In this document: positions 29,291 through 40,241 of the stretch, piece by piece
Layout: every line of letters begins with the position of its first letter
Numbering within the stretch: the first letter of the stretch is position 1
DNA from: Promethearchaeati archaeon SRVP18_Atabeyarchaeia-1
Lineage (GTDB): Archaea; Asgardarchaeota; Atabeyarchaeia; Atabeyarchaeales; Atabeyarchaeaceae
NCBI GenBank assembly: GCA_037308085.1
Contig: CP147779.1
Location: 1,024,001-1,088,000 of the forward strand
Reading direction: 5' to 3'
DNA: 64,000 nucleotides
Made by a program: the position numbers and the translations under genes
Notes under the pieces: generated by a model
Databases searched by the model: none
Told to the model about the DNA's origin: nothing
What the model saw: the letters and a program-made list of their open reading frames with translations, nothing else

Positions 29291-30541
29291 TCAAGTTTCG
29301 AGCCAACTCGTGATCTTCTTCTGCCCTCTGAAGATTTCAAGGATCTTGCTCTTTCGTGTCCATATCTCAAGCGGCGAACTCAACCTTCGCCTCAAGTGAT
29401 AAAGTGCGCCCTCAAGACTATTGAATCTAGTCGGCTTGTTTTTCAATGCCTCGCGAAGTATCTCTCGAAATCGAAAGACTCCAAGGGGGAGCCAGTCCTG
29501 CTTGACCTCCAAGAACGCTATCACAGCCGCTTGTCTCCTGATTTGTTTCAAGTATTCCAGGGCAGGAAGTCTAGCGGCATAGTATGCTCCACCAATATTG
29601 CTCGCGTATGTTCTTCTGCCTTGGAAGAGCTCGTGGTCGGAGGCAGGCTCGGGATTTGGACCAACAAGCCAGCATTCCAAGGCCTCGAACATCCAGGCGC
29701 TTGGAAGAAACAAGGCTTGAACATTATTGTGAAGAGCCTCATGTCCAAAGAGCATGAAATCATTCGCCCAAGCAAACCTTGTGACATCTTCGTGGAGCTT
29801 CCTTCCCAGAATGTCGTCAGTGGCGGTTATACTCCATTCAGTTGGCACGAGTCTCCTCCTCTTCTTCGTTCCAAGCAGTCCTATTGAGAGTAAACGAGTG
29901 ATCTGCCTCTGTGGAATCAAGGCATTATAGAGCTCAACCATTCCTGACGTGGCTTTCAAATCAGTGTCGCTGACAATAGCATCAACTCTATTTGGCACAG
30001 CAGGATTCTCAGCCAGCTTGAGCTTGTCCATCATCGCTGAGGGACCGATGGGGATCTCGCGCGGTGAGAAAACTATTTCTAGGCTGGGCTTCTTCGAGAA
30101 CGATGCTTCTGTCTCTGTTGGGCGAGAAGCCATAACGATCTCCTGAACTGTCTGGAGCATGCGGTCTGGGTTTTGGGCTGACGTTACTTTCACGCTGGTT
30201 TTTCCTCTGATCAAGGTGAAGCGATAGCGCAGAAGATCCTCGATCTTCTTGTCGAGCCACATTTCTGGGGAATCCATGATGGCAGTCTTTTCTCCCAAGA
30301 TCGGAGGAATCAGAGGTCCGGCTAGAACCTTCGGGTAGTTCCACGTTCCCACGAACACACCCGGCGGAGAGGAACCGTGGATTGCATCCTTCAGAATAGG
30401 ATCGAGTTCCACGATAGACTTGGCCTTCACCAAGATAGGGCATATCGACTTGCCGCATAGCCTTCTGAATCCCCTGCATTGGGCGCATCTGCTGACGTGG
30501 TGGGCTTCTTGGCCATAATTCGAAAGCCTAAGCTGAGACAT
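29291..30541 (-). CDS. Nre-family DNA repair protein, copy 1
   Basis: CxxCxG..LCG..CP, GSSPP, LVPTEWSITATD, C-terminal PIP-like QKKITSW. Confidence 0.9.
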   Translation of the reverse strand: MSQLRLSNYGQEAHHVSRCAQCRGFRRLCGKSICPILVKAKSIVELDPILKDAIHGSSPPGVFVGTWNYPKVLAGPLIPPILGEKTAIMDSPEMWLDKKIEDLLRYRFTLIRGKTSVKVTSAQNPDRMLQTVQEIVMASRPTETEASFSKKPSLEIVFSPREIPIGPSAMMDKLKLAENPAVPNRVDAIVSDTDLKATSGMVELYNALIPQRQITRLLSIGLLGTKKRRRLVPTEWSITATDDILGRKLHEDVTRFAWANDFMLFGHEALHNNVQALFLPSAWMFEALECWLVGPNPEPASDHELFQGRRTYASNIGGAYYAARLPALEYLKQIRRQAAVIAFLEVKQDWLPLGVFRFREILREALKNKPTRFNSLEGALYHLRRRLSSPLEIWTRKSKILEIFRGQKKITSWLET

Positions 30542-30667
30542 GTTTGAGCCTCTAGGGTTAACTTAGCACCGAACCCTAAATATATTCCATCTGGAGCTTA
30601 GGTTTCTCCGAAACCATGTGCGCAGAGGAGGAAATAGAGAACGGCATCAGTTGGGCGATTTCAGGTT

Positions 30668-31123
30668 ATGGCGACTCTTCAAGCTGCCAGAGCTTTTGCA
30701 CTCGGGCTCGAAGAGCCACGGGCTAAGAGTTGGGGTCTGAATCGCGCGATCTTCTACGCCGCCGCCAAGCGGGGATTCAAGGCTAAGCCTCCAGCTGAAG
30801 GATCCTTGGGTGAAATCAAGAAGAGGCCAATAGAAGAAAGTGCTGATACTTTCCATCTAGGCAGCGAGATGGCGTACAAGGTTCAGGGAAAAGATGGCAA
30901 GGCGAATTTCACGATAGGAGGAAAGGTTCAGACAGAGAGTGAGTTTCAAAGACAAATCGAATCTCGCTTTGGTGGGAAGTTCGATGAAGCGTGGAAGGAA
31001 GCGCTTGAACTGGTTAAGGAGTTTGACCGTGAAATCCTCTTATCTCAAAAGGATTTCTTCGACCTTGTGTACAAGCCAAAAAGAGATGAACTATCTGCAA
31101 AATGGACAGAGGGACTTAAATAA
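30668..31123 (+). CDS. Conserved archaeal hypothetical protein
   Basis: AKSWGLNRAIFYAAAKRGF; clean ORF. Confidence 0.7.
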   Translation: MATLQAARAFALGLEEPRAKSWGLNRAIFYAAAKRGFKAKPPAEGSLGEIKKRPIEESADTFHLGSEMAYKVQGKDGKANFTIGGKVQTESEFQRQIESRFGGKFDEAWKEALELVKEFDREILLSQKDFFDLVYKPKRDELSAKWTEGLK

Positions 31124-31138
31124 CGACTGAAACGATCA

Positions 31139-32047
31139 ATGCACAACAACTCTCCTATTCCGCTAGTCACACACGAGCTTTGGAAAAGGAGGTTTCCGTA
31201 TTTGGGAGACAAGGATCACGCTTCCTTCGACAGCCTCGATGCGGTTGGACCGATAACTGGTTACTCGCGAAGTTGCGTAAGTACTCATCTGTACCTTGAG
31301 AATTACAAGCTCCTGCTTGATGCTGGCCCCCTCACATGTTACACGCCTAGCTCCTCTAATGCCACCACCATATTGGTAACTCATCTTCACCATGACCACT
31401 GGACAGGACTAATAAGTCTGCTGGGCTTGAAGAAGTGCAGAGACTGCTTTGATCCTGTTCACGTGTATGCGCCAAGAGGCTCGATCTGGTTTCTGAAGTC
31501 GATGCTGATGGAGCTTGAGCGTAGGCGTGTACTAAGTATAATGCTCACTCCTGACCCAGACTCACAACAAATCATCAAAAACAGGATTCCAGTGGTTCTA
31601 CATGAGCTGGAGGGAAACCAGCATACAGAAGCCAGTGATCGGCTAATGATGGACACATTTAGTTCGTCCCATCACTGTGAAGGGGTAGGCTTCAAGTTAA
31701 GCATAAGAGGAGAAAGTAGCAAAGCCTGGACGCGACTTCTGACCTATACTGGTGATACCAGTATCGCAGCGGTAGACGAAGATGCGCTCTCATCGCCAGT
31801 GCTGATAACCGAGTGCACCTACTTGGAATCCGACAAGACACAGAAAGCGTTGGAGCGGGGGCACATGTCGCTAGATAACATAGTCGACATCGAATCAGGG
31901 TTCAAGGGGCAAAAGCTTCTTCTGATGCATTTCAAAGACAGCTACAAGAAAAAAGAGATACACGAAGCAATAGAATCACGAGAGTTCATGCGAGTAAAAC
32001 CTAAAGCAATATGTACGGAGATCTCAGATGCGAGGACGGGGACCTAG
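31139..32047 (+). CDS. MBL-fold hydrolase, RNase Z-like
   Basis: THLHHDH, YTGDT, ITECTY, GH, LMHF. Confidence 0.75.
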   Translation: MHNNSPIPLVTHELWKRRFPYLGDKDHASFDSLDAVGPITGYSRSCVSTHLYLENYKLLLDAGPLTCYTPSSSNATTILVTHLHHDHWTGLISLLGLKKCRDCFDPVHVYAPRGSIWFLKSMLMELERRRVLSIMLTPDPDSQQIIKNRIPVVLHELEGNQHTEASDRLMMDTFSSSHHCEGVGFKLSIRGESSKAWTRLLTYTGDTSIAAVDEDALSSPVLITECTYLESDKTQKALERGHMSLDNIVDIESGFKGQKLLLMHFKDSYKKKEIHEAIESREFMRVKPKAICTEISDARTGT

Positions 32048-32071
32048 AATAGTCTAGCGTACGCTGTCGTC

Positions 32072-34654
32072 TCACCCATACCGTATTGTGTCGACCACGT
32101 TCATTTTTGCTGCACCGTAGGCTGGATACGCTGCGCTGACAACTGATATTATTATGCTTGCTAGCGCGACGTACAGCAGGACGGTATATGGTATATCTAG
32201 TGGCACGGCGAACAGGGCGAAGGCCATTATGTCAATGAAGTAGTTCAAGGCCAGCATTCCCGTAGCCACGCCTGCCAATAGCCCAATTACGCCGAGGATG
32301 AGTGCTTCTCCAACTATCATTGCCGTGACTTGGTTCTTGCTTATGCCTATGGCTCTAAGTATGCCAATCTCCCTTCTTCTCTCAAGAATCGACATGATCA
32401 TCGTTGTCGTCATGCCGAGAAGCGAGACGATTACGGCCATCAAGACTAGGACTTGGAAGAAGGCGAATATTCTCGAAATCCCGTCCACAACCTGCTTCAG
32501 TACGTCTGATACTGTGAAAATGTAGATAGTCCCACTTGTTGCAGTAGTAATCCTCTGGGCTACAGCGTTGGGATCCTCGCCTTGGTTGACCTTGATGAGG
32601 AAGATGTTGGCATCCCTTGTGGCGTTGTACTGGCTTGGGAAGGAGTTGACGAGCGCTTTGTAATTGGTCATCGTCATCTCGTTCTCGCTTATTGGACCTA
32701 GGTTAATGAAGTCAGAGCCAAAGAATATCGCGATTACCGTGAAGTTCTGGAATTTGCCACCCTCGACCAGGACTGATACATTTTCGCCTACATTGACGCT
32801 GAGTCTGCCAGCCAGCCCTGAAGCCATGATCATTGAGGCATTACTTTGGCTGAGTGTTGTGAAGATCTGATCCACTGTGTATGTCGAGTTAATGACGCCT
32901 ACGCGCCAGACTTTGTCGAATGTCAGGGCGTCGACTCCGACAAGCGCAGTCGTTCTGCCATCGACGCTGGTCGGCTGGATTTTGAGGTAGGTGACCATAT
33001 TGACTCCGCTGATGCTGCTGATATTGTCAGCGTAACTCACTGGAAGTGAGCCACCGGTTGGCATTATGTATATGTCGGCACCGAGTTGCTGTCTTACGAA
33101 GTTGTTGATCCCCAAGTTTAGGCTGCCGGACATTCCGCCAATAAGAACGGTGAAAGTTATTCCGATGGCCACCATGCTCATTGTTAGGGAGCTCCTCCTC
33201 CTGTTTCTACCTATGTTTCTTGTGGCGATTGTTCTCCTACTTCTAAAAACCGGGTAGAAAAGGTAACTCAGAACTGCTGAGATCCCCTTCATTGCAGCAG
33301 TGGAGAGCAACAATATTCCGGCAGGGATCAATATCATCATTATGTAGATTCCTGTAAGGTTCAATGACAACTGCTGCACATCTGCTGCCGCGAAATTGGT
33401 GGATTCAGCGTAGTGGGCGTTAACATAATATGAGACAAGGAGAAAAACCCCTCCAAGGGAAGCCATTATGCCCGTCCCTAGCCTTCCTCCTCCCCCACCC
33501 CTCATCTGGGGTCGAATTGCTTGGACAACGTTGGTCTTCGACGCCGACAAGGCTGGATATACGCTTCCGACGCCAGCCACAGCTAGCCCCGACACGGCGC
33601 CAAACAGGGGAACATAAGAATTCACTATGAGGGGAGGAACGGCGACGTTCAAAACTGATGCCATGTAAGATGCCAAGAACTGCGACAGATAGATGCCAGT
33701 GACTACTCCGAAGACGCTACCGATCGCACCGAAAAATAACCCCTCCAACAAGAAGATGCGGAAGACTGTCCCTCGAGAGGAACCAATTGATCTCAGAACT
33801 CCCGTCTCATATTTCCGCTCGTTCACCGCCATGAGGAGAGAGTTCATTATCAGGATGCAGGCCACAGCTAGACTTATTGTGGCAGCCATATTCATGGCTA
33901 TTCTGAAACCATTGTTGATTCCCTGAACTTGGCTCAGCGTGCTTTCCTTCGGAGCCAAGACCTGGAAGTTGCTGCCCAACCTAGCCTGAAGAGCGCGAAG
34001 GATGGCCATCGTGTCATCAATATTTACGACCGATGCAACTATCGAATTCACTTTACCCCCGCTATCGAAAATACCCTGCGCAAGGGAGAGGTTTGTGATC
34101 ATGACTGCCGAATAGCCCTTCCCTTCAATGTGAGCTACTCCAATGACGCGGAGTGTCCACAGAGTGTCGCTTGGGGGAGATATCCGTACTTGCGAGACTG
34201 TCACTGTCGAGCCACTAGTAACGTTGTATTCCCTTGCAACCTGCTCCGTGACAATACACGAGTTGGTCTGGCTGAGAAGGTTCAGGCTTATATTCGAGAC
34301 TCCGAAGTCGTTATCCAACGCTGGGACTATGCCGACCAAAGTGAACGGTAGAATGAGACTCTGGTTGAGGTAGTATATTGAGCCACCGAGCAGAGGTGAC
34401 ACAGCTCTGATGCCAGGTTGGCTCGATACGGTTGACGAGTTGCCAATGCCAAAAGCCTCACCAGTCGCATATCTGACGCTGATATCAATATCGCCTTGCG
34501 ATGACATGACGGTGTTGGTGACTTGCACCATTAGGGAGTCGCCAGCCACATTTACTCCAACCAGTATGCTGACCGCGAAGACGACTGCCAGGATGGTAAG
34601 CCCGTTCCTCAGCTTCCGTCTACGCAGACCCCTAGTGGATATTCGTAAGCTCAA
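32072..34654 (-). CDS. MacB/FtsX-like ABC permease (duplicated domain)
   Basis: ERKYETGVLRSIG and ERRREIGILRAIG; YPA motifs. Confidence 0.92.
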   Translation of the reverse strand: MSLRISTRGLRRRKLRNGLTILAVVFAVSILVGVNVAGDSLMVQVTNTVMSSQGDIDISVRYATGEAFGIGNSSTVSSQPGIRAVSPLLGGSIYYLNQSLILPFTLVGIVPALDNDFGVSNISLNLLSQTNSCIVTEQVAREYNVTSGSTVTVSQVRISPPSDTLWTLRVIGVAHIEGKGYSAVMITNLSLAQGIFDSGGKVNSIVASVVNIDDTMAILRALQARLGSNFQVLAPKESTLSQVQGINNGFRIAMNMAATISLAVACILIMNSLLMAVNERKYETGVLRSIGSSRGTVFRIFLLEGLFFGAIGSVFGVVTGIYLSQFLASYMASVLNVAVPPLIVNSYVPLFGAVSGLAVAGVGSVYPALSASKTNVVQAIRPQMRGGGGGRLGTGIMASLGGVFLLVSYYVNAHYAESTNFAAADVQQLSLNLTGIYIMMILIPAGILLLSTAAMKGISAVLSYLFYPVFRSRRTIATRNIGRNRRRSSLTMSMVAIGITFTVLIGGMSGSLNLGINNFVRQQLGADIYIMPTGGSLPVSYADNISSISGVNMVTYLKIQPTSVDGRTTALVGVDALTFDKVWRVGVINSTYTVDQIFTTLSQSNASMIMASGLAGRLSVNVGENVSVLVEGGKFQNFTVIAIFFGSDFINLGPISENEMTMTNYKALVNSFPSQYNATRDANIFLIKVNQGEDPNAVAQRITTATSGTIYIFTVSDVLKQVVDGISRIFAFFQVLVLMAVIVSLLGMTTTMIMSILERRREIGILRAIGISKNQVTAMIVGEALILGVIGLLAGVATGMLALNYFIDIMAFALFAVPLDIPYTVLLYVALASIIISVVSAAYPAYGAAKMNVVDTIRYG

Positions 34655-34673
34655 TTACTGTTCGCCCGCGACG

Positions 34674-35366
34674 CTAATTTTCTTCGGTGGTGATTTGCCC
34701 ATCTCTGATCCTTAGAATCCTGTCCATCTTCGCTCCGACATTCGGATCATGTGTCACAATTATGAGCGTTCGTTTCTCTTCCTTCGACAACTTTAGCAGC
34801 ATCCTTACTATTTCTTCGCCTGTCTTCGTGTCGAGATCTCCTGTGACCTCGTCGCCGAGAATTATCGCGGGGTTATTGGCGAGAGCTCTGGCGATAGCGA
34901 CCCGCTGCTGTTCACCGCCACTCAACTCGTCAGGTCTATGGTTAATCCTGTTCCCCAGCCCCACAGCAGTCAACAGCTGCTTTGCCCTTGCCCCCCTTAC
35001 ATCCTTCGGAAAACCAGCAAAAATCATCGGCAGCTCAACATTCTCGAATGCTGTGAGAACGGGTATCAGGTTATAGAATTGGAATATTGGGCCTATCATG
35101 TGTCTTCTAATCAAGGTCAGTTGTTTGTCACTCATCCCTGAGATGTTAACGCCATCGATTATAACCTCACCTGAAGTCGGCGTATCCATGGCTCCAAGCA
35201 TGTTGAGGAGAGTTGTCTTTCCAGATCCGGAGGGGCCCATGATGGCTACCGCTTCACCCTCCATGATCTTAAGGTTCACCCCCCTTAAGGCATGGACGAC
35301 ATTGTCTCCTAGCTTGTATGTCTTCACTAGTTTCCTTGTCTCAACAACTACTCTACCATCACTCAT
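34674..35366 (-). CDS. ABC ATPase (LolD/MacB type)
   Basis: GPSGSGKTT, LSGGEQQRVAIARAL, VTHD. Confidence 0.96.
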   Translation of the reverse strand: MSDGRVVVETRKLVKTYKLGDNVVHALRGVNLKIMEGEAVAIMGPSGSGKTTLLNMLGAMDTPTSGEVIIDGVNISGMSDKQLTLIRRHMIGPIFQFYNLIPVLTAFENVELPMIFAGFPKDVRGARAKQLLTAVGLGNRINHRPDELSGGEQQRVAIARALANNPAIILGDEVTGDLDTKTGEEIVRMLLKLSKEEKRTLIIVTHDPNVGAKMDRILRIRDGQITTEEN

Positions 35367-35789
35367 TTCAGGCTCCCCCAGGTTGGTTTCAGATGTGGTA
35401 AGCGAAGAACTGCAAAACAGCAGTCTTAGACCTCTGATGAGAAGACTCTACGGTTTAAAAGGTTTTCGCGATGACTGGGAGTCTCGCAGAAACTCGCTCT
35501 CTTAATTCTCTTCAGCCGTCTCCATGGTCTTCAGAGACGCGCTCCGCGAAGCTCAATATATATTTCTTTTGTGTTTGCCTAGAGAGCTTTGCCATCTGGG
35601 CAACTTATTGCTGTTGAAAGCGATTTGCTAAGAGCTAGCTGAAACGTCGGGATGCCTGCTTTTGACCGGTCGCAGCGGAGATATCGATCGACATCATGTT
35701 GTCAGAAGGGTAGTGAGAAAGAAATTACCGCTTAGCCTTTCCTTTTCCTGCTTTCTGTCAGCTGGGAATCCGCCAAAACCTTGGAATTT

Positions 35790-37079
35790 CTATCCCGTAA
35801 AAAGCCCGTATCGGACGATGAGGAAGATTGTTCCCAAGCCGACAACTAGGAGTACGGTGGAGAGTCCGTCCTTAAGGTACTCCTTGTGTCCTATCCTGTG
35901 TCCTTTCTGCTCAGCCATGTCTGATGCAACTACTCCCGCTGCAGTTCCGATTATTGTTGCGCTCCCCCCTATGTCGCACCCTAATACGAGGGACCAGAGC
36001 AGGGGGAGCACTGGAAGGCTCGTTGCAGTGGCGATGCCTTGCACTAGGGGCAGCATTGTTACGGCGAAGGGGATGTTGCCCACGAAAGCGGATCCGAGCG
36101 CGGACAGCCACACCACGATAATGATCGCCAAGAGCATATTGTTGCCAATAATGCTTGCTAGTGATGTTGAAAGAGATGCGATGACGCCTGACTTCCTGAG
36201 TCCCCCAACCACTATGAAGATTGAGCCAAAGAATAGTAGAGTGGACCACTCTACGTGTTCTAAGATGAAGGTGAGTTTCTTGCCGCCCAGGAAAAGTAGA
36301 GTCGCCGCGGCTCCAAGGCTAATTTCTGCGGGACTCAAGCCCAACTCATTTGAGAAGATCAATAGGATTAGAAAAGTGATGAACATAGAGGACCCTAGCA
36401 GAAACGTCTTCCTGTCGGTAATCAAGTCCGAAGGTCTTGTTACCGGCACCCTCTTGTTGACTTTTGTTGTTCGAAGCTGTTTGCCATAACGCCATCTGAG
36501 GAAGAGGAGTAGGGCTACTAGTGAGAGGATAGCCAAAGGAGCCATGTTGATAATGAATTCTGAGAAGTTGATGCCATAGTTTAGTGATATCATTATGTTT
36601 GGCGGGTCTCCGATCGTCGTTGCTGTGCCGGCAATGTTCGCGGCGAGTATCTCAGCGATCATAAGGGGTTTGGGATCGAACTTCAGGACGTCACTTAACT
36701 GGATGGTGACGGCCAGCATGAATAGAACCACCGCTACGCTGTCGAGGAAGGCGGAGAGAACCGCTGTCAGCAGGATAAAGACGTAAAAGAGTCTCGTAGG
36801 ATTGGGACCGACGCGGTTTAACACGACCGCTCCAATGTAATCGAAGAACTGCCCTTCTCTCAAGGCACCAACTAATACCATTATGCCAAATAGAACGACG
36901 ATGGTTTCTATGCTTATATAGGAGACAACTTCTTCGATTGAGGTAAATATGCCCGCGGTTAGCATCAAGAAACCGCCGAGTAGTCCAGCGACCGATCTTG
37001 CGCGTCCTCCTGTGAGTATCAAAGCGAAGGTGAAAAGAAAGATGACTATTGCAGTTAGCTGAGCCCCAATAGGATCCAC
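35790..37079 (-). CDS. ArsB/NhaD (SLC13-like) permease
   Basis: SAFLDSV, TIGDPPN, SAFVGNIP; about 11 TM segments. Confidence 0.9.
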   Translation of the reverse strand: MDPIGAQLTAIVIFLFTFALILTGGRARSVAGLLGGFLMLTAGIFTSIEEVVSYISIETIVVLFGIMVLVGALREGQFFDYIGAVVLNRVGPNPTRLFYVFILLTAVLSAFLDSVAVVLFMLAVTIQLSDVLKFDPKPLMIAEILAANIAGTATTIGDPPNIMISLNYGINFSEFIINMAPLAILSLVALLLFLRWRYGKQLRTTKVNKRVPVTRPSDLITDRKTFLLGSSMFITFLILLIFSNELGLSPAEISLGAAATLLFLGGKKLTFILEHVEWSTLLFFGSIFIVVGGLRKSGVIASLSTSLASIIGNNMLLAIIIVVWLSALGSAFVGNIPFAVTMLPLVQGIATATSLPVLPLLWSLVLGCDIGGSATIIGTAAGVVASDMAEQKGHRIGHKEYLKDGLSTVLLVVGLGTIFLIVRYGLFTG

Positions 37080-37353
37080 TTAATTGCACCCGACCCACTG
37101 CTGTCCCAAACGAACCCAGATTCTGCTGCAGTCTCCCATACAGCTCAGGCTCTTGTCGTGTATTACGGATAGAGTACCCATTCTAATTCCAATTTATACT
37201 TTTGCCAAATGGTCTTCTATTAGCGCTATGAGAAACTGAGGTCTTCGTAAGGCAGAATTCTCTTCAATATTAACCCGCTATCAGAATTCCCACGATTAGT
37301 TGAAAATCGACGCAGCCTCACGTGAAGTAAAACAGTAAGTTATATGTACGAAG

Positions 37354-37803
37354 ATGATGAGAAGCAGATCTATGAAGAGGGCGAAAGGCGACAATCGAAA
37401 AGCAACCACCGCAGATGTCATGTTCCTTGGATCATTTCTATCAATCATAGTTTTTTCGATAGGTGCCTTTCTCGATTTCCTTTTTATCATTCCTATGCTG
37501 ATATCTTTTTTTGTTTGGCTGGGTTTGACACTCACCGTCCTAAGGCGAATGGGTGTGAGTTTGAGAACTGCATTGTTAAAGCGCAAGTTAGTTAGCGGTT
37601 TGCCCTGCAATAAGAAGCTTCACGCTTTCTACATTGTGACACTCCTGGTCTCACTGATGCTCTACTTTACACTGATGCTCGTCGGCAAGGGCCTTTATCT
37701 TCTGCTTGCTTTCACGGCGTGGTTGTACATTGGATCCCTGTTTAGCCAAGAACTCGGTGGAGAAGACAATTCAAGAAAAGTCAAGAAGACTATTAAGAAC
37801 TGA
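37354..37803 (+). CDS. Small membrane protein
   Basis: About 4 hydrophobic segments. Confidence 0.55.
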   Translation: MMRSRSMKRAKGDNRKATTADVMFLGSFLSIIVFSIGAFLDFLFIIPMLISFFVWLGLTLTVLRRMGVSLRTALLKRKLVSGLPCNKKLHAFYIVTLLVSLMLYFTLMLVGKGLYLLLAFTAWLYIGSLFSQELGGEDNSRKVKKTIKN

Positions 37804-38047
37804 TGGAGTCTTGGAGAGGTAGGCGGAAGCGGATAGGTCTTTCGGTTATTCGGGTCGGGGTCTTTTGACAAACTGGCGCGTGTTGTGGTTTTCTCTATAC
37901 TCAGCGTGCGTTGGCTTTTCAGGTATCGAGCCTAATATCAGCGCCTTTTAATAGCTAACTATATTTAGGTTCGATTAGTTCTCATCTACTTAAGCAGTTG
38001 AGCGATTCTCGATATGGAGTTGCCGACATACGTCGGAGTCAGCTGAT

Positions 38048-39634
38048 GTGATTGTAATAGGTAGCGGAATTGCAGGTCTCTACACTAGCATAGAAGCTAG
38101 TCGCCACTTGAAGGTTGCCATCGTTAACAAGAGTAGCCTGGAGGAGTGCAACACCAAGTATGCGCAAGGTGGGATAGCTGCAGCGATAGGCCCCTTTGAT
38201 TCCCCAAACCTGCATTTCAATGACACTATTAGAGCAGGGGCAGGACTTGTCGACCCTACTGCAGCGAGGATACTCGTGGAAGAGGCTCCTGACAGGATAA
38301 GTGACTTGATCAGCCTCGGCGTAACCTTTGACACAGTAGACGGCGAGATAACACTAGCAAGGGAAGGAGCCCACACCGTGCCAAGGGTTCTCCATTCCGG
38401 GGGCGACGCGACAGGTGCAAACATAGAGCAGACCCTTGGATCACTAGTAAGAAGAAACCAGAACATAAGCATCTTCGAAGACCACCTAGCTACGGAGATC
38501 CTAGTCAAAGGTGCGAAGGCTTATGGCATCAGAGCGCTGGACCGCAAAACATCCTTAACGAGAACCATCTTGGGAAAATACATAGTCCTGGCAACTGGAG
38601 GGGCTGGCATGCTCTTCAAACAAACGACAAACCCCCAAGTTGCAACTGGAGCAGGAGTGAGCATAGCCTACTTGGCTGGCGCCCTAGTATCAGACATGGA
38701 GTTCTTTCAGTTTCATCCAACTGCTCTCTGCAAGCCGGGAGCGCCGCGATTCCTGATCTCAGAGGCTGTAAGAGGTGAAGGCGGAATCCTCAGGAACTCC
38801 AAGGGAGAAGCATTTGCTCACAACTACCACCCGGACGGTGAGCTGGCTTCAAGAGACATTGTTTCCAGAGCGATCCTCGCAGAAATGAGCAAGACGAATT
38901 CTGATCATGTCTACTTGGACATTACGCACATGCCCAGCAAGATCATCGTAACGAGATTTCCGAGCATCTACAGGTTCTGCTTAACCCAAGGACTCGACAT
39001 CACGAAGGAGATGATCCCCGTTGCACCCGCAGCGCACTATATGATCGGTGGAGTCAAGACCAATGTCTGGGGCGAGACGAATATCAGGGGGCTCTACGCT
39101 TGTGGAGAAGCGGCTTGCACAGGCGTTCACGGCGCAAATCGGCTTGCAAGCAACTCCTTGATGGAGACACTTGTCTTCGGAAAGAGAATCGCAAAGCGGA
39201 TCCTATCGGAGGATCAGTGGATTGGGAGCGCCACAGAACCGAGCGACATGTCGACCTCCCTAGAGAACTACGCTGAACTATTCAGAGACGAACACCACCA
39301 CAGATCCGCTGGCGCCGACGATGTAGGTGAATTCTCGCTGGCAGACTTGCAGGAGCTAATGTGGAATAATGTCGGTATCATCCGGTCGGGCGAGAACCTG
39401 ACGGCAGCAGTTAGGCAACTTTCGAGATGGTTCAGAGAGGAGGCAGATGTAGACAGCAGCGATCCACAGAAAGCTGAGCTGGGGCTCATGATCACCTGCG
39501 CTCTTCTGATCTCGGCGACCGCCCTTATTCGCACTGAGAGTCGGGGGACTCATTACCGCGTAGATTACCCATCAGAATCGATTGTCTGGCGAAAACATGT
39601 ACTCTTCCAACGCATAAGGAACTGGGACCAGTAG
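38048..39634 (+). CDS. nadB: L-aspartate oxidase (5' end possibly frameshifted)
   Basis: GSGIAG, AQGGIAA, EGAH, QFHPT, HYMIGG, HGANRLASNSL, ESRGTH. Confidence 0.95.
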   Translation: MIVIGSGIAGLYTSIEASRHLKVAIVNKSSLEECNTKYAQGGIAAAIGPFDSPNLHFNDTIRAGAGLVDPTAARILVEEAPDRISDLISLGVTFDTVDGEITLAREGAHTVPRVLHSGGDATGANIEQTLGSLVRRNQNISIFEDHLATEILVKGAKAYGIRALDRKTSLTRTILGKYIVLATGGAGMLFKQTTNPQVATGAGVSIAYLAGALVSDMEFFQFHPTALCKPGAPRFLISEAVRGEGGILRNSKGEAFAHNYHPDGELASRDIVSRAILAEMSKTNSDHVYLDITHMPSKIIVTRFPSIYRFCLTQGLDITKEMIPVAPAAHYMIGGVKTNVWGETNIRGLYACGEAACTGVHGANRLASNSLMETLVFGKRIAKRILSEDQWIGSATEPSDMSTSLENYAELFRDEHHHRSAGADDVGEFSLADLQELMWNNVGIIRSGENLTAAVRQLSRWFREEADVDSSDPQKAELGLMITCALLISATALIRTESRGTHYRVDYPSESIVWRKHVLFQRIRNWDQ

Positions 39635-39657
39635 TCATGGCTTCATGAATTATCACA

Positions 39658-40227
39658 GTGGCGAGCAAATTGCGCGAAAACCCCGAGATACGTCCAATGC
39701 GTTTGGAGTACGTTGAGGTCATAAAGATCATGGTGATAGGCGAAGGCGGCGTAGGAAAGACAACACTAATACATCGGTTCGTGACTGGCGAGTATTCAGA
39801 CCAATCCATGACAATCGGGCTTGGGTTCGCTTCCAAGACTATGAAAGCCAGGGATGGAAAAACGGTCAAGCTTCAGATATGGGACGTTGGCGGCCAGAGC
39901 CGCTTCAGGCTCCTCCTGCCTTCTGCGAAAGGTGGCGCGAAGGGAATAGTCCTGGTTTTTGATCTCTCTGTCCCCTCAACATTCATTAAGCTCGATGATT
40001 GGGTCAGGCTTGCCAGATCAGGATTTCCACCGGACAAATCCATCCCAATTGTGCTCGTGGGTGCAAAGTGCGATCTTGCAAGGCAAGTGATGGCCGATGA
40101 GGCAAGAAGGTTCGTTGCGAGAATGAAGTTAGATGGATACGTGGAAACAAGCTCGAAAGCTAGAATCATGATTGAGGAGCCATTTGCGAGACTTCTCCGG
40201 CTGATCACTCTAAGAAAGAATTGTTGA
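39658..40227 (+). CDS. Rab/Ras-like small GTPase
   Basis: GEGGVGKT, TIG, IWDVGGQ, GAKCD, ETSSK. Confidence 0.92.
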   Translation: MASKLRENPEIRPMRLEYVEVIKIMVIGEGGVGKTTLIHRFVTGEYSDQSMTIGLGFASKTMKARDGKTVKLQIWDVGGQSRFRLLLPSAKGGAKGIVLVFDLSVPSTFIKLDDWVRLARSGFPPDKSIPIVLVGAKCDLARQVMADEARRFVARMKLDGYVETSSKARIMIEEPFARLLRLITLRKNC

Positions 40228-40241
40228 GCCACCCTTTCGCG

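Noticed and set aside
35662-36489. 275-aa + strand ORF
   Set aside because: Antisense to the ArsB-type permease; no recognisable features.
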